From NCBI GenBank assembly GCA_013239625.1, contig MU054925.1, positions 248,001 through 312,000 of the forward strand: DNA of 64,000 nucleotides, written 5' to 3'. This document shows, one piece after another, positions 24,560 to 38,300 of this stretch. The notes under the pieces are model-generated. The model saw nothing but the letters and a program-made list of their open reading frames with translations, was not told the origin of the DNA and ran no database searches. Every line of letters begins with the position of its first letter. Positions within the stretch are counted from its first letter, which is position 1. The position numbers were made by a program, and so were the translations under genes. This stretch comes from Lama guanicoe (Eukaryota).

Positions 24560-26319
24560 TCAGCTCCGGGCAGCACCTGGCGGGCCGGTTGGGAGTTGTC
24601 TTCAGCCGTCTGACCTTACCCAACACGTAGGCACAGAGAAGCATGAGGCAGAGAATGGATGGGGAGCTGGGAGCGTAATGGGAGTGGGGGCTGTGCCCTC
24701 AGAGAGGGGTCCTGCCTCAGCTCTTTCAGGGAGGGAGCCCCGAGGGGGTCCATGCTGGGAACCTACAGCTGAGGTTCTCTAGTCAGCTCTTTCCTCTGGG
24801 GGTCTGTCTCAGGCCCCCCAGTCTGAGGGCTTCTGACCCAGGACCTGCCCCTAGACGTGATCTGGGTGGGTTCAGTGCCCAGGCCCCTAATGGGGTTGGG
24901 GGGAGCCTCTACCTGTTCCCTGGCTCTGGGCCATCCGGGGCGGGCAGCGGCGCTCACAGGCCTCACGGGTCCCAAAACGGTTGGCATTCCCTCCGCAGCC
25001 ACCATAGACAAAGGGGTGACAGGCCTCCATGCCACCTGGCATAGCTCGATGGTACCAGCGCAGGGTGTAGGCAGTACAGGAACCCTCGTCCAGTGGAAGA
25101 GAGCAGGGGTCTGGGGCTAATGGGGGTCAAAGAGGTCAGCAGGGATGGGCTCTGCCTGCCCCTCCCCCAATCCCTATGGGCCCAGTCCCCTTTCTCACCG
25201 TCACCATCCCATGGAGCCTCAGGGTCCTGGTATTCCTCCACGGAATACTCAGAGTATTCATACTCATCGTCCTCGGGGGGCAGCCGGCCTGCACGCACCG
25301 TGGGGTGTGCTGTGAGCAGGGCCACTGTGGGGCCAGGTTCATGCTGCCCAACCTTGGCCCTTGGGGCAGAGCGGGCAGCACGGGTCTCCCACGTGTGTGC
25401 GCAAGAGTGTTCCCTGCATTTGGATCCCACGCGTGTGGCACAGGCCCTGCCCCCGTGAGCAGCCCTGTGTATGTCTGCGCGCCCCCCACGCACTCATGGC
25501 TCCAGCCGTCCTCACCTTCCTCCTCGGCATGAGAGACACGGAGCACAGGCACAGCATGGAGCTGGGGGCCAGCGGTGTCTGCAGCATAACTTGGGAGGGG
25601 TCCTGGAGCCAGGAGCAGGGGCACAGGGCCCTGGGGTCAGCTTGGTGGCCACCCCAGCCAAGCCCCAGCTGAGAGGACCCAGGTGATGGGCACCGCAGGG
25701 CGGGGGTGAGGAAAGTTTCGAGAGCAGAAAAGAACAGAAAACTACTCACGTGATCCAGATGCGATAAACTGGCCCTGGCAGGCTGGAGGGGGCAGAGAGG
25801 GGCAGGGAGAGAGACAATGGCAGAGAGCAGGAGACACAGATGGAGAGAGAGAGACAGGGAGAGACCCGGTCAGGGGCCAGCAGGCACAGAGACAGAGTGA
25901 AAGCAGCACAGACAGAGATGGAGGGAGACAGAGCTTCACTCTCCGATGACTCTCAGGGCCATCAGCGCCCCCACCTCACCCCAGCTCCATGTCAGGCCCC
26001 GAGAAACAGCTCTGCTCACACCTCCACCCCTTCTACACACTTGGCCAAACTGGGCATCCAGAACACTACCTGTCCATCCACCTCTGCCTGTGTCTCCTGT
26101 CACCATGTCTGTCCTGAGGCACCTGTGTCCTTCTGTGTATCCATCCATCTCCACCCACCTCCTTGGCTGCTTGCCCCCTGGAAGTTCTGGGGATGCTGCC
26201 TCCCCTGTCTAGGGGCACTGGGATGAAGTGGGGATGGGACCCAAGAGACTCTGGGCTGGGCCCCACTTACCGCAGTGCTGACTCATCTCCTGACGCACAA
26301 GGCCCCGAATGTCATCCTC
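24560..26319 (-). CDS. COL7A1: COL7A1 exons 113-118: NC2 domain with BMP1-type cleavage site and Kunitz module
   Basis: Exons 26271-26319, 25750-25782, 25516-25602 (YAA/DTAG), 25199-25288 ([15 protein letters not shown]), 24913-25110 (six-Cys Kunitz, [13 protein letters not shown]), 24560-24576 (stop TGA at 24562-24560). Confidence 0.95.
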
Positions 26320-29300
26320 CTAGGAGATCAAGACCACAAGGGTCACGAAGAATCCATGGATCACAGAAAGACAAAGGGTATATGATGCAGGGATCACGGA
26401 AGGACAGTGCTGAGTCAGAGGCCCGGGGGTGAGGGTATTGGGTACAGGAGGCAGGGCCCCAGCCCCGCAGCCCCACACTCACTGTCAGTGCAGCTTCTCC
26501 CTTCTCACCACGGGGGCCCAGGGGTCCTGGCTGCCCCTGTGTGCAATGGATGGAACCAGGCTGTGACCTCTGATCTCAGGGACACCACTGGTCACCCCAA
26601 CCTTTGACTTCAAACCCAGGAATCCCCACTCACCTGCTCCCCTCTCTCTCCAGGGGTGCCAGGGGCCCCAGGGGCCCCCACCACACTCTCTCCAGGGGGA
26701 CCTCGCTCACCCTGTCAGACACAAGGACTGAGTGAGCAGGGTCAGAGGCAGTGGAGATCAGAAGTAGGACAAGTTGGGATCATAGGTTCAGAGGTTGGAG
26801 CAAGGATATCGGGGGGTGGGTTGCAGAGTCAGAGGTCAGGGAGGTTGGAAGCGTCATGGAGGTTCAGGGGTCAGGAATCAGAGTCAGGACCCCTCACCTT
26901 CTGGCCCTGAAGTCCTTCAGGGCCTTTGGGACCAACACTGCCAGGTGGCCCAGGGGGACCACTGGAGCCATCATTGCCTCTGGGACCTGGGAAGCCTCCA
27001 ATTCCTGGGGGTCCCTGGGGAGAAATAGGTCAGGGTCAGTGATCAGAGCTTCCAAAGATGACCTCAATTCCAAAGAGTACAATCCCCTTAGTTTACCATG
27101 ACCTTGGCCTCAACTTACCCGCTCCCCTTTCTCACCCTGGTCACCCTTGGGTCCTGGCTGCCCATCAAAGCCTCGATCACCCTAGAAACAAAGAAGCATG
27201 AGAGACCCTCTGCCCTGGCCTCCCTCAGCTGAACCCCCATAAGCCCCCCAGGCCCAATGCTCACAACCTCAAGCACCTGAGCCTGAGACCCTCAATCTGC
27301 CATGATCCCCATGACCCCGACCCCACTGTGACATCCCTTGCTCTGCCTCTACCTACTTCCTTCACACTGACACACCAGCCTCCTCCACTGACCCTACCCA
27401 CTGTAACCCCTGAGCCCTGAGGCACCTGTCCCCACTTGCTCTACCTCTCATCCCCTAATCCTAAATCTCCACTGTGATCCCAATCCACCCTGAAACCTCA
27501 AGACCAGCCCCACTCCACCCCTCAATGTCCCAACTTACCACAACCTTCCTTGACCTAAAACCTCCACAACCTTACCGTGCCCTTCCCTACCCAGTCCCAA
27601 CCCCCCACAATGTCCACTGTTGAGAGACGCCATACCTTGGGACCAATCAGGCCCTCCTTCCCAGGGGCCCCTGACTGGCCCGGGACACCTGGCTCCCCCT
27701 GGAGAAGAGAAGACATTAGCCAGGCCCTGGCTCACCCATTCTCTCCTCACTCTGGGGGTGCCCCACACTCACCATGTCTCCTTTGCGTCCTGCCATCCCC
27801 GGGCGACCCGAGGGACCTGCTTCTCCCTGTTGGCATCAGGTGGAAGGGTCCACATTAGGCCCCAGGCCCCATAGCCCCCTACATCTCCGCCCACACCCCC
27901 CATCACCCCTGTACCTTATCTCCCTTCTCTCCATCCAGACCACAGGCTCCCTTAATCCCCCGTTCACCCTGAGGGACAAAAGAAGTGAAAAAGTGACTTC
28001 CAGATAACTTACCCTATAACCCGTTGACCCTGAAACCACTCTCCAAACTGGCCTTAGATCCTCCAGCCTCTGACCTAACACCTCACATACAACCGTGGAT
28101 ACTCCCAACATCTGAGCCCAGATAACTGACCTGTGACCCCATATACCTCACCCTCCAACATTAGGCCCTCCTGACCAGGGGTAAAAAACCAGTCCCTTTC
28201 TCACCTTGAGGCCCCGGGGACCCATAAAGCCAACATCTCCTTTGTCTCCTCGGACACCAGGGGCTCCATCCTTTCCTGGGGATCCCTGGGGCAAAAAGGA
28301 TCAGTGTGAGGTCAGGGGAGGTCAGTGAGGGATCAAAGGGCATTACTCTGGATATAATGGACAGGGAACACCACGGGGGTGAGAGTTACCACTGGGGACC
28401 AGAGCCAATGGAAGGGCAGGGTTTTCTATGGGGACAAGGGTCACCGTGAGCAGGGTCACCACGTGGGAGGAACCATCATAGGGGCCCCTGGGCAATGTGA
28501 TGCTACTGATTCCCTATAAGGTCAAAGGCTACCACATGAGGATGGGGGGGGGGACCAGGGGTCCCTGTAGGAGCAGGGGTGTCTTACCGGGTCACCAGGG
28601 ATCCCAGCAGCACCAGGCTCTCCCTGTGGGAAACACAGATAGGGGAGGATGGCCCTTCAATGTGGCTGTCCCCTAAGCTGGCCTGTCTGCTGCATGTGTA
28701 GCCACTCAGTGACTTGCAGCCAGGACCCAGGGTGCACACAGACCCCATGTGAACACACAAGTGGCCAATGGCAAGGGAGCCTGGGAACCGTCCAATGCTC
28801 AGAGGACACCCCTGGGACAGGTGTGTGTGACATGTGGCTCTGAGTCTGCACCTGGGGCAGGACTTGCCTTGGCTCCCGTGAGTCCACGTGCTCCCAGCAA
28901 CCCGACTGAGCCCTTGTCACCAGGCTCTCCCTTGGCGCCCTGTGGGAGTGACCGGAAGAGGGTACACAATCAGCACCAGGCCAGGCTGGAGGCTTGGAGC
29001 ATGCCTGGAACCTACCAGTTGGGGCAAAGCTTACCAGTGCTGCTCTCCGACTGCCCCCAGCAGCCCCTTCCCTTCCTGCCCAGGCCTCAGCAGGCTGGAG
29101 CTGGGCACTGGAGCCCATGGAGGCATTCATTTCTCACCGCAGGACCCCCAGATTCCTGCTAGTCTCTCTTTACTCCTGGCTCCCAAACCTATCTGGAGTA
29201 CCCCTGACAACCAAGGAGCCCCTTCCTGTTGGCACAGGGCCTCTCCTAGAGCCCCAGTCCACAGACTCCCCTTTTGACCTCACACTGAGGCCCCGAACCC

Positions 29301-32300
29301 TCCATAGAGCCCCCATCCTCTCAGCCACTGCACAGAACCCCCTCCCCTCTGACCCCCAGAAAGCCCCCCTCTCCCATCCTCCCCTCCTGTCCTCACAGAC
29401 CCTCCAGAGAGCCCCACAGCCTGCAGAACCCCCCTCCTGACCCCGTATACAATACCCCACCCTCTTCCCCATACCTTCTCTCCAGGGTCCCCACTGTCTC
29501 CCCGAGGTCCTTTGTCACCATCTATGCCCCGAGGCCCTCGTTCACCCTGGGTCAGTGTGGGAAATCAGGGTCAGGGGCTGGAAGCTCCTTACCCTCTGAG
29601 GATTTGAACTCTCAGATCTCCCAGCCTTGTCTCCCCAAAAGCTCCTCCACATCCAAGGGAGACCCCATCTGCCCATGGACCAGGCCCACTCACCATGTCC
29701 CCCTTGGCACCCCGTGGCCCTGGAGGCCCCATAATCACAGCTGAGTCACCCTGAGTGGACAGGGGCAGTCAGAGAAGTCAGGAGCACCCTGAGTTCCCTG
29801 CACCTGCCCTCCCCTATGCCCACACTCACCTTGTCACCCTTTAGCCCTGGGGGTCCAGCGTCACCCTATTAAGTTGAAGAGTGTGAGTTTCACCCAAACA
29901 GAGAAACACCAAATCATGATTATAGGATCCATCCCTGCACACACTCATCCCAGAGGCCTCTTCCCCACATCCTTACCTTCTCCCCACGCTCCCCCCGGCT
30001 GCCTGGGGGGCCCTGTAAGAGAGAAGAAGACAGTGAGCTAAGGGAATTTCGGGGGACTAGCACGGAGACAGCTCAGGGGGCAGGGGAGGACCAATGGGGA
30101 CTGGGGGAACAGTAGAGACAAAGACCAGTGAGCAGACAAAAACCAGAAGGATGTGGAAGGCTGCAGAATGTCCTGAGGGCACAGAGGGCACAGGTAGGGG
30201 ACTGAGCTGAGTCACACCCACAGCACTTTCCCCAAGGGGACCCACCAGGAGTCCTCGTGGTCCCTCCAGGCCAGGGCGGCCATCTTCACCCTGGATGATG
30301 ACATTAGGTTCAGTGACTCAGAAGTTGGAACTCAGAGGCAAGAGCCTTGATGAAGGGAGCCCTGAGGTGGCTCCCAGCAATGGCCCTGGTGGCAGAGCAG
30401 AACATACGCACCCGGACACCTGGCTCCCCACGCTCGCCTCGGGCCCCGGGCAGCCCTGCTCCAGGGTCTCCCTGGAGATCAACAGGACACAGGGGATCAG
30501 TGAGGGGAAGCGGTGGGGGACAGAGGGTCATGGGAGGTTGGTGGAGGTTGGAGGTGGGGTGATGGAGGTCAGTGGAGGCTGGAGAGGGTGACAGGGGTAC
30601 AGGAGAGAGCCAATAGCATTGTTCCATCTACCTTGTCTCCTTTGAGTCCAGGGGCGCCAAGTGCTCCCTGTGGGCAGAAAGAGGTGAGGGTCCTGTGTCC
30701 CTCAAAGGCACACACACACCCAGCTACACATAAACCCCCACATGGACAAACTCCAACACACAGGAATCAGAGATGGGCACTGGTGCATTTCTACTCACCG
30801 CTGACCCTGGTGGTCCAGGTGGCCCTGAGGGGCCTGGGGCTCCCTCTCTCCCTGGGAGGCCTGCCAGACCCTACCGGAAAAATGAGATGACAGGCAAAGG
30901 GTGACTTGGGAACCTTTCTCCCCTGCTGTTCCCCCAAGACTAGGAGCCCCGAAGCCAGGCCTGGGCCCCCTTCTCCTCCTCACCTGGACCAGAGCCAGAG
31001 GTCCTGAAATCACCAAGTCCCCACATGTGCCCTAGCACCCTTACCCGCTCTCCGCTGGGGCCCGGCTGACCCATTTCTCCTCGAGGGCCTGTCTGACCAG
31101 GGAATCCCACAATCCCAGGAGCACCAGGAGGTCCAGGGGGGCCTAAGTCTCCCTGGAACAGAGATAGCAAAGGGAGGAGTGGCCCCAGCAGGACCCTTTC
31201 CCAGGCCTAGCCCCAGAATATCCTCTTCCTCTCACCTCCAGGGTTACCCCCCAAGCTGCTCCCTCTACCACTAGTAATAGGGCATTGACTTACCTTCAGA
31301 CCTGGAGGACCAACTGGTCCAGGGGGCCCCTGGACTGCAACTCCTGGGTCACCCTTCAAGGGAAAGAGGGATCAGATTAGGCTCAGGGAGTCTCAGGACC
31401 ATGACTCCCGGCAGGGATGCTTTAGGGCACACGTACCTTTTGACCTTTGGGTCCTGGAGCCCCTTTCTGACCCTGAAAAAACAACATAAACCGCGCTTGA
31501 GAGAGTAGGAACATGAACCCAGAGCTTAGGTGTAGCCCAAAAACATTCCTGGAGAGCCCAGAGGTGACCACAGACTCCTGAGAGCACAGTCAGAGGGAAG
31601 CTCAGAGGTGACCACAGACATATGTGACCAAGGACATGAGTGCAGCTATACAGGAACGCAGACAAGAACAGGAACTGAGACAGGCCCAGGAATGGTCCCT
31701 CACATCCACGACCACACTCCTCAAGCCAGACTAAGACTCGCCCAGACTCCAGACTCACATCTTCACCAGGGTCTCCAGGCTCTCCCACACGGCCGGCTTC
31801 ACCCTGCAGAGAAAGGGTGATGAGGCTGTCCGGTCACTCAACTGTAGCCCAGTGCTCAGGCTCTGGGGCCAGGTCCCACCTCACCTTCTCACCCCGAGGC
31901 CCTGGCAGTCCTCGGTCACCTTTGGCTCCCTGTGGAGACAGAGGTCAGAGGGCAATGTGGGTGTCAGGGTCACAGATGGTGAGACCCAAAGAGGGAGCAT
32001 GAGGCCCCAGTCAAATGTGGGTTGTATTATGGAAGGTGAGGGTCTCAGGGGTGGGTGAGCTACACTGTGGAGGGTCCACACTCACCGGCTCTCCCACCAG
32101 GTCTCCAGCAAGGCCTCCAGGAGCTCCCTGACAAGGGAGAGGGGTCAGTGGGATTCCTCAGCCCCAACTACTTGCCCCTACCCCCGGCCTCCCATACACT
32201 CACCTTCTCTCCCTTTGCTCCAGGGGGCCCGACCACAGCCTGTGGGGAACACCTGGTGGGTCACTGGGCCTCTCACCTTCTCCGCACCCCAACCCTGCCA

Positions 32301-35300
32301 TCCTGATGGAAGCCCCAAACTAGGCTGGGGGTGTGGGGCTAAGAAGCTGCTGCAGAAGGTGGGGGTCAGGATTAAAAATCACCTGTCCAGGGGTCCCCAT
32401 GGGTCCAGACTCTCCTTTAGGTCCGACAGGGCCAGGCAGACCTGGGGACCCCTATGACAGAATGGTGGGTGGAACTCAGTGCCTCTCCACCACTCTGCCC
32501 TGGCCTTCTTCTTCCTCCAGGCACATGGCTGGGCACAGGGCCCCATCACAGGCCTGCTCCCCCCAGAACACACACCGGCACACCAGGGGCTCCTCTGTCT
32601 CCATCTTTTCCACTGACACCGTCACGACCTGGCGCTCCCGGCTTCCCTGTCTCCCCCTGAGAGGGGAGAGCTCTGTCAAGGGCCTGCCCGCTGACCCTGA
32701 CCTCTAGAGTCCAGCTCTGACCCCCACCCCCAGGACTCACCACTTGTCCAGGCAAACCTGGTGCCCCTTGAGGACCCTGAAGGAAACAAGTCAGATGTGA
32801 GAGGGACATGGAGAGCATGGGACCCAGAGGGAAGGGATATGTCCCTGCAGGGGCCTCACTCACCACAAGGCCTGAAGGACCAGGGGGGCCAGGAAGTCCC
32901 ACAGGTCCAGTTGGTCCAGGCAGGCCCTGGGGGAAGCAAAAGTTCAGGGCACTGCCAACTCCCCCCCCATTCCCTCATGACTACCCCAAGGACTGGGCCA
33001 CTTACGCGTCCTGGTGGGCCTGTCTCTCCGGGCTCCCCCTGCCGAAAACCCAGAGACTGAATGACCCCACAGACGGACGAGAGGCTCCTCAGGCCCCGTC
33101 CAAAGCGGAGCTCACATTGAAAGGGGCACTTTGGTGCATATGCACACTGCAGGGCAATGACATCTCCAGAGGTAGGCAGGTGTTATCCTGGCGCAGACAG
33201 GCTGCTCTAAGCTGCCTCCTCCTTCCAGACACACACCCACACATGTCTATACTCACCTTTAGGCCAGAAGGTCCCTGGGGTCCTGACGGGCCAGCAAGAC
33301 CCTAGAAAAAAGTGTCAAGGGCAGGGAACAGGGGTCAGAGTTATCCATGTGGACTCTGGAACTAACTTAAACAAGGCCTGGTTCAACAGTGGGGACCAAT
33401 ATCTGTCCCACCCCACCTAGCGGTGCTTCCCCATCACTCACCGGGGCACCAGGCGGTCCAGGGTCTCCGTGGCCACCCTGTGGGAGGCAGGAAGAGCCAG
33501 ATGAGGGGGAGCCAGTCCCACCCCACCGAGGAAATGTAGGCAGTACTGCCCATTGTAGGGGTTGGGCACTGGGGTAAAGATTCTGGGATACTCACCACTG
33601 GGCCAGGGGTTCCCCTCAGACCTTGAGGACCCTGGATAGAGAAAGGGGCTGCTGAGACTCAGTGGGTTCACTTGGGCCTGTTGCTGTCCTCTGGAAGCCT
33701 TTGCTTGGGGCACCCACTTCTGCCACCCCACCTCTCTGGGCTTCCACTTCTGCACTTCCACCTCTCCCAGGCACAAGTCACTCTGTACCGGTGGACCGCT
33801 CCGATGAATAACACACACAGGCCTGTGCACACACATCTATCATGCATCTGCACTCACACCCGGCACCCAGGCACCACACCCCCATCACTGGTCACTTGTG
33901 ATGTGTGCACACAGCAGCCAGCACACAGCAGAGGGTGGCTGTTTCCCAGAGCTTGGGCCAGGCTGTTCCTGCCACCACTCACCGGCTTCCCTTCAGGCCC
34001 AGCCACACCACGCTCTCCTGGTAGACCCTAGAGAGAACACATTTAAGGCCACACTGTCCTCATTTCCCCATCCTGGCTTCCCCGGGACAGTCCCAGGCAG
34101 GGCAGACTCCAGTCCAGGCAACGCAAGTAAGAGCCATGTGCCTGCACATGTGTGGTCCCTGAGGAGAGGACTCACCGGGCTGCCATCCTGACCCCTCTGT
34201 CCAGGCTCTCCCCGGTCTCCCTTGATGCCTGGCACACCCTGCAAGCAGAGTATCGTGCCCTGAGCCTCCATCATTGCCACGTGCCCACGTACATGCCAAC
34301 CTGCCATGCCCCCGCAGAGGAGGGGAAACGTGGTGGGATGGGAGGTCTCACCCTGTCTCCTTTGGGGCCTCGGTCACCTTCACTGCCTGGCTCCCCCTGT
34401 GGAGATGACACATCAAGCTGGGCCTTGGTACCCCAGTAGGGGGTGACCCCGAGATTGATCCCACACACTGACCTTAGCGCCCTTGAGCCCAGGGGGTCCT
34501 TGTTCTCTAGGGAGTCCAGAACCTGCCTCGTCCATGGTCACCTATAAGCAGAAAGTCACAGGGAAGAGATGTGTCTGCCACAGAGACCTGGAGGGGTCAT
34601 CCCAGTTCACAATGTCCCAGAGGGTTATGGAGTCAGAGTCACCACATGGAGTTTCTGCAGTCCAAGCCAATGGTGGTGTCTTGGGGACAGCAGCCAAAGG
34701 CCTAGGGCAGGGCTGAGGTGATCACCTTGGGGCCAGGGGGCCCGGGGGGTCCAGGGAGGCCAGGAGGGCCGTCTCTGCCCTGCACAAAAGGAGGAAATGG
34801 GTGGCTGTCCCTGCACAGCCCACAGGCAATCCCTCCCTATGAAGGCCCCCAGCTCACCTGTTCTCCACGTTCTCCTTTCTCTCCCCGTTCTCCCTGAAGT
34901 GCAAATAACAGGGTGGAGGCTATGCCCATGGGGAGTCCCGCTCCTTCCTGACCCATATCCCCGGCCACCCCAGGCAGCCCCCAGGCTCACCCTCTCTCCT
35001 GGTCTTCCTGCCTCTCCCACACTCCCAGCCCGGCCTGGGAGCCCAGGAATACCAGGCTTCCCAGGCTCCCCGGCAAGGCCAGGAGGTCCAGGGGGACCCC
35101 TCTCCCCAAGGGACAGGCCAGGTGGCCCCTGAGGGCCAGGGTCTCCACGATCTCCCTTTGGCCCGCGGTCTCCAGAAAAGCCAATGGGGCCCTGGAGGAG
35201 AAGAGTTAATGCTGGTGGTTCGTCAACCACATCCTTCGCAGGACACCCCCAGGAAGCAGCCAACACACACCTCCTTGCCTGGGGGGCCCCGTTCCCCTGG

Positions 35301-38300
35301 GTCCCCCTTGGGGCCACGACGCCGTTCAGGCACAGGCAGGAAGCTGCCAGAGCTCTCATCCCAGGTCTCCACAATTTCCCGCAGTGCAGACGTCTGAGTG
35401 ACAGTGAGGGGTCAGAAGAACACACCCATTACTGCAGCCACCCATGTGCTGGCCTGGCCCTGTGGGCATAATTTGCCCCATGGGGCTCCCATCAGCCCCC
35501 CGCTGAGTCCCCAAACAACCTACCTTGATGCCAATATTTTCCAGCAATCGCTCCACATTCTGGGGACACAGACTGGGTGAGGGGCTGCCAGCAAAGGAGG
35601 AGACCCAACACTGCCCCCCCAAAACAGCCTCCATGCTCTCTTCCCCAGGCCTCTTGCCCAGAGGACCTTTTAGCCCCCAGGTGAAGGAGCTCAAGTCCAC
35701 TGGAAGCCCTTCCTTGGCATGTCCCCAGGGCCCAGGTTCCCCTCGGTGTAGGCTACAGGAATCCCAACAGGGCAGGGGACCAAGCACACAGGGCAGAACC
35801 CGTGGGGCCTCATGGCAAGTGGAAGAGGACAGAGGTGGCCCCTATAGGCACGCAAATAACAGTCAAGGACCAGGTCCCCAGCTGCACTCACCGGCGGGCT
35901 CCCAGGCTCTCCTCTCAGACCACGCTCTCCAGGGAGGCCCTGGAGACATTGAGAGGTAAGCTGCTGGACCCAGTTTGTGGGCATGTGTGTGCATATGTGG
36001 GTGCTAGGGTTACCTGGACAAGGGAAAAAGGTGGGGGCCTCACCTGTTCTCCTTTGGGTCCAGTCTCCCCACGGTCACCCTGAGAACAAATAATGACCAG
36101 TGGGGAAAATGCCCCCACCCTGGGAAGCCCCTCACCACACCCACAACCCAGTGTCTGCACACTCACCTTGGGGCCTGAATTTCCCGGAATGCCAGGAAAG
36201 CCCTGAGATGCGACAGAACACAGAGGTCACACAGGATCACGGTGTCCCAGGAAGGTATTTGACGGCAACATAACAGCCCCTCCTGGAACCACCCTGGACA
36301 CTCACCTGGCCCGGAGGGCCGACCTGCCCCGGAAGGCCTGGGGGGCCCTGGAGTCCAGGGCTGCCAGGAGCTCCACGCTCACCCTTGGGGCCATCACGAC
36401 CCTGTGGAAGATGCAGCCAGCATCAGGACCCAGAGACCCCAGAAAAGAGTGGAGCCACAGAGTCACAGGGTCAGGGTCATGGTTCAGAGGTTACAGAAGA
36501 TGCCAGTACTCACTTCTCTCCCAGGGAGGCCCGAATCTCCCTTCTCTCCCTAAGGAAGACAAGGGTGCTTCAGACACGGCCCCAGTCTGAGCCAGAGCAG
36601 ACTCCAAGCGAGGGGCTTTACCTTCCTCCCGTCTTCGCCAGGGTCCCCAGGTTCTCCCTGCAGGCAGAGGACTCACATCAGACCAAGCAAAATTATGAAT
36701 TGCCTGTGTGTCTTGGTATCTGTGAGTCCTGTGTGCATCTCAATATGTGTGGCCATATGTATATGAGTGACCGTGGATACAAATGCACCTGTTGGTATGT
36801 CTCTGCATGTATCACATGTCAGAGCCTTGGATGTGTGCCTCACCATGTCTCTACAGAGGTCCACATGCAGCCCCAGGTCTGCATCATAGCACGTGTCTGA
36901 GTGTGGGTAGGGATGTGTATGTGTCAACATGTCTCCAGTGTCCCTGAATGTGGCTTCACACCAGTGTGTCTGCATCTCTCCATGTCTATCCTGACACTCA
37001 CGTTTTTCCCATTCAGGCCAGGCTTGCCATCCTCGCCTGGCTTTCCCTGTGGGAACAGATCATTGGTGAGAAGACAGGGTGGGGTGAGGGCAGTAAGGGG
37101 GCAAAAGGGTACCATGAAAGTGGGACTCACTGGTGCTCCTGGGGGGCCAGGGGGGCCAGAGAGGCCCTGTTCTCCTCGGAGGCCTGGAAGTCCCTGGAAA
37201 AAATCTTTGCTGGATTGAGAAGGCCACTGAGATAGCCCCTGGGCACATCCATGGATTTGGAGGATCTCACTAAGACCCTCCTCCGGTGTAGAGACTCCCT
37301 CAGAATTAAGAGGTGCCACTGAGACCCCAAGGTTGAGATCCCATGGGTTGGGGCCCCCTGCTGAAACACCCAAGGGAAGAACCTGAGGATCTGAGGAGCC
37401 TACTAAAGCCTCCAAGGCGGAGACAGTTAGCAAACAGGACTCCAATCAAACCTGCCTGCAGGGAATGGGACTCTCCCAAAGACAGGGCTGGACCAACTCC
37501 CCCTGACGCTGTGACTATGACGACCAGCTACAGTTTAGCTGGACCCCTGAGCCACCGTCCATCCTAATATCTCCCCTTACTTACGTCTCTCCCTGGGTCC
37601 CCGGCCTTGCCCGTAGCACCCTGAGGAGAGACTCAAAGTCAGGGAGTCCACATTGGTCATGGGGTCAGGGGCACTGCCTGCTGACAGGGCCACTAATTTC
37701 TGTGAACCCAAGGCTTGCCAGACAGTAACATCCCCCACCCAGGCGGGGTACTAGGGGGAGACACATAACCCATCTGGCCCCAAAGTTCATCAAGATCCAG
37801 CAGGGAGGAGGGTACAGCTCAAATGGTAGAGCGTTTGCTTAGCATGCACAAGGTCCTAGGTTCAATCCCCAGTATCTCCTCTAAAAAAATAAATAAATAA
37901 ACCTAATTACCCACTCACCAAAAAGAAAAAAAAGAAGTATTCACTACAGTAACTTTGAAAAAAAAAAAAAACCCAGAAGACTCAGGTGAGACTGAGCTCA
38001 TATAAAGGGACAAGGGAAGGGATGTGACCAGGTAGAGACCACCACAATTCACCTGCAGCCCAGGGGGGCCAGGGGCTCCTGGTTTCCCATCCAGCCCACT
38101 GCGGCCATCCAGGCCAGGGGGGCCTCGGTCACCCTGAGGAAAAGCATAGTAAGAGGCTTCAAAGGGCTGGATCTGAGAGACCAGGCTCACCATCCAAAAC
38201 AGGGCTCCACAGCTCTCTCACCTTTTCTCCTACTGGGCCTCGAACACCTGGGTCCCCCTGAAGGGAACAAGGTCAGTGAGAGGTGAGGAGAAGATGGGGA

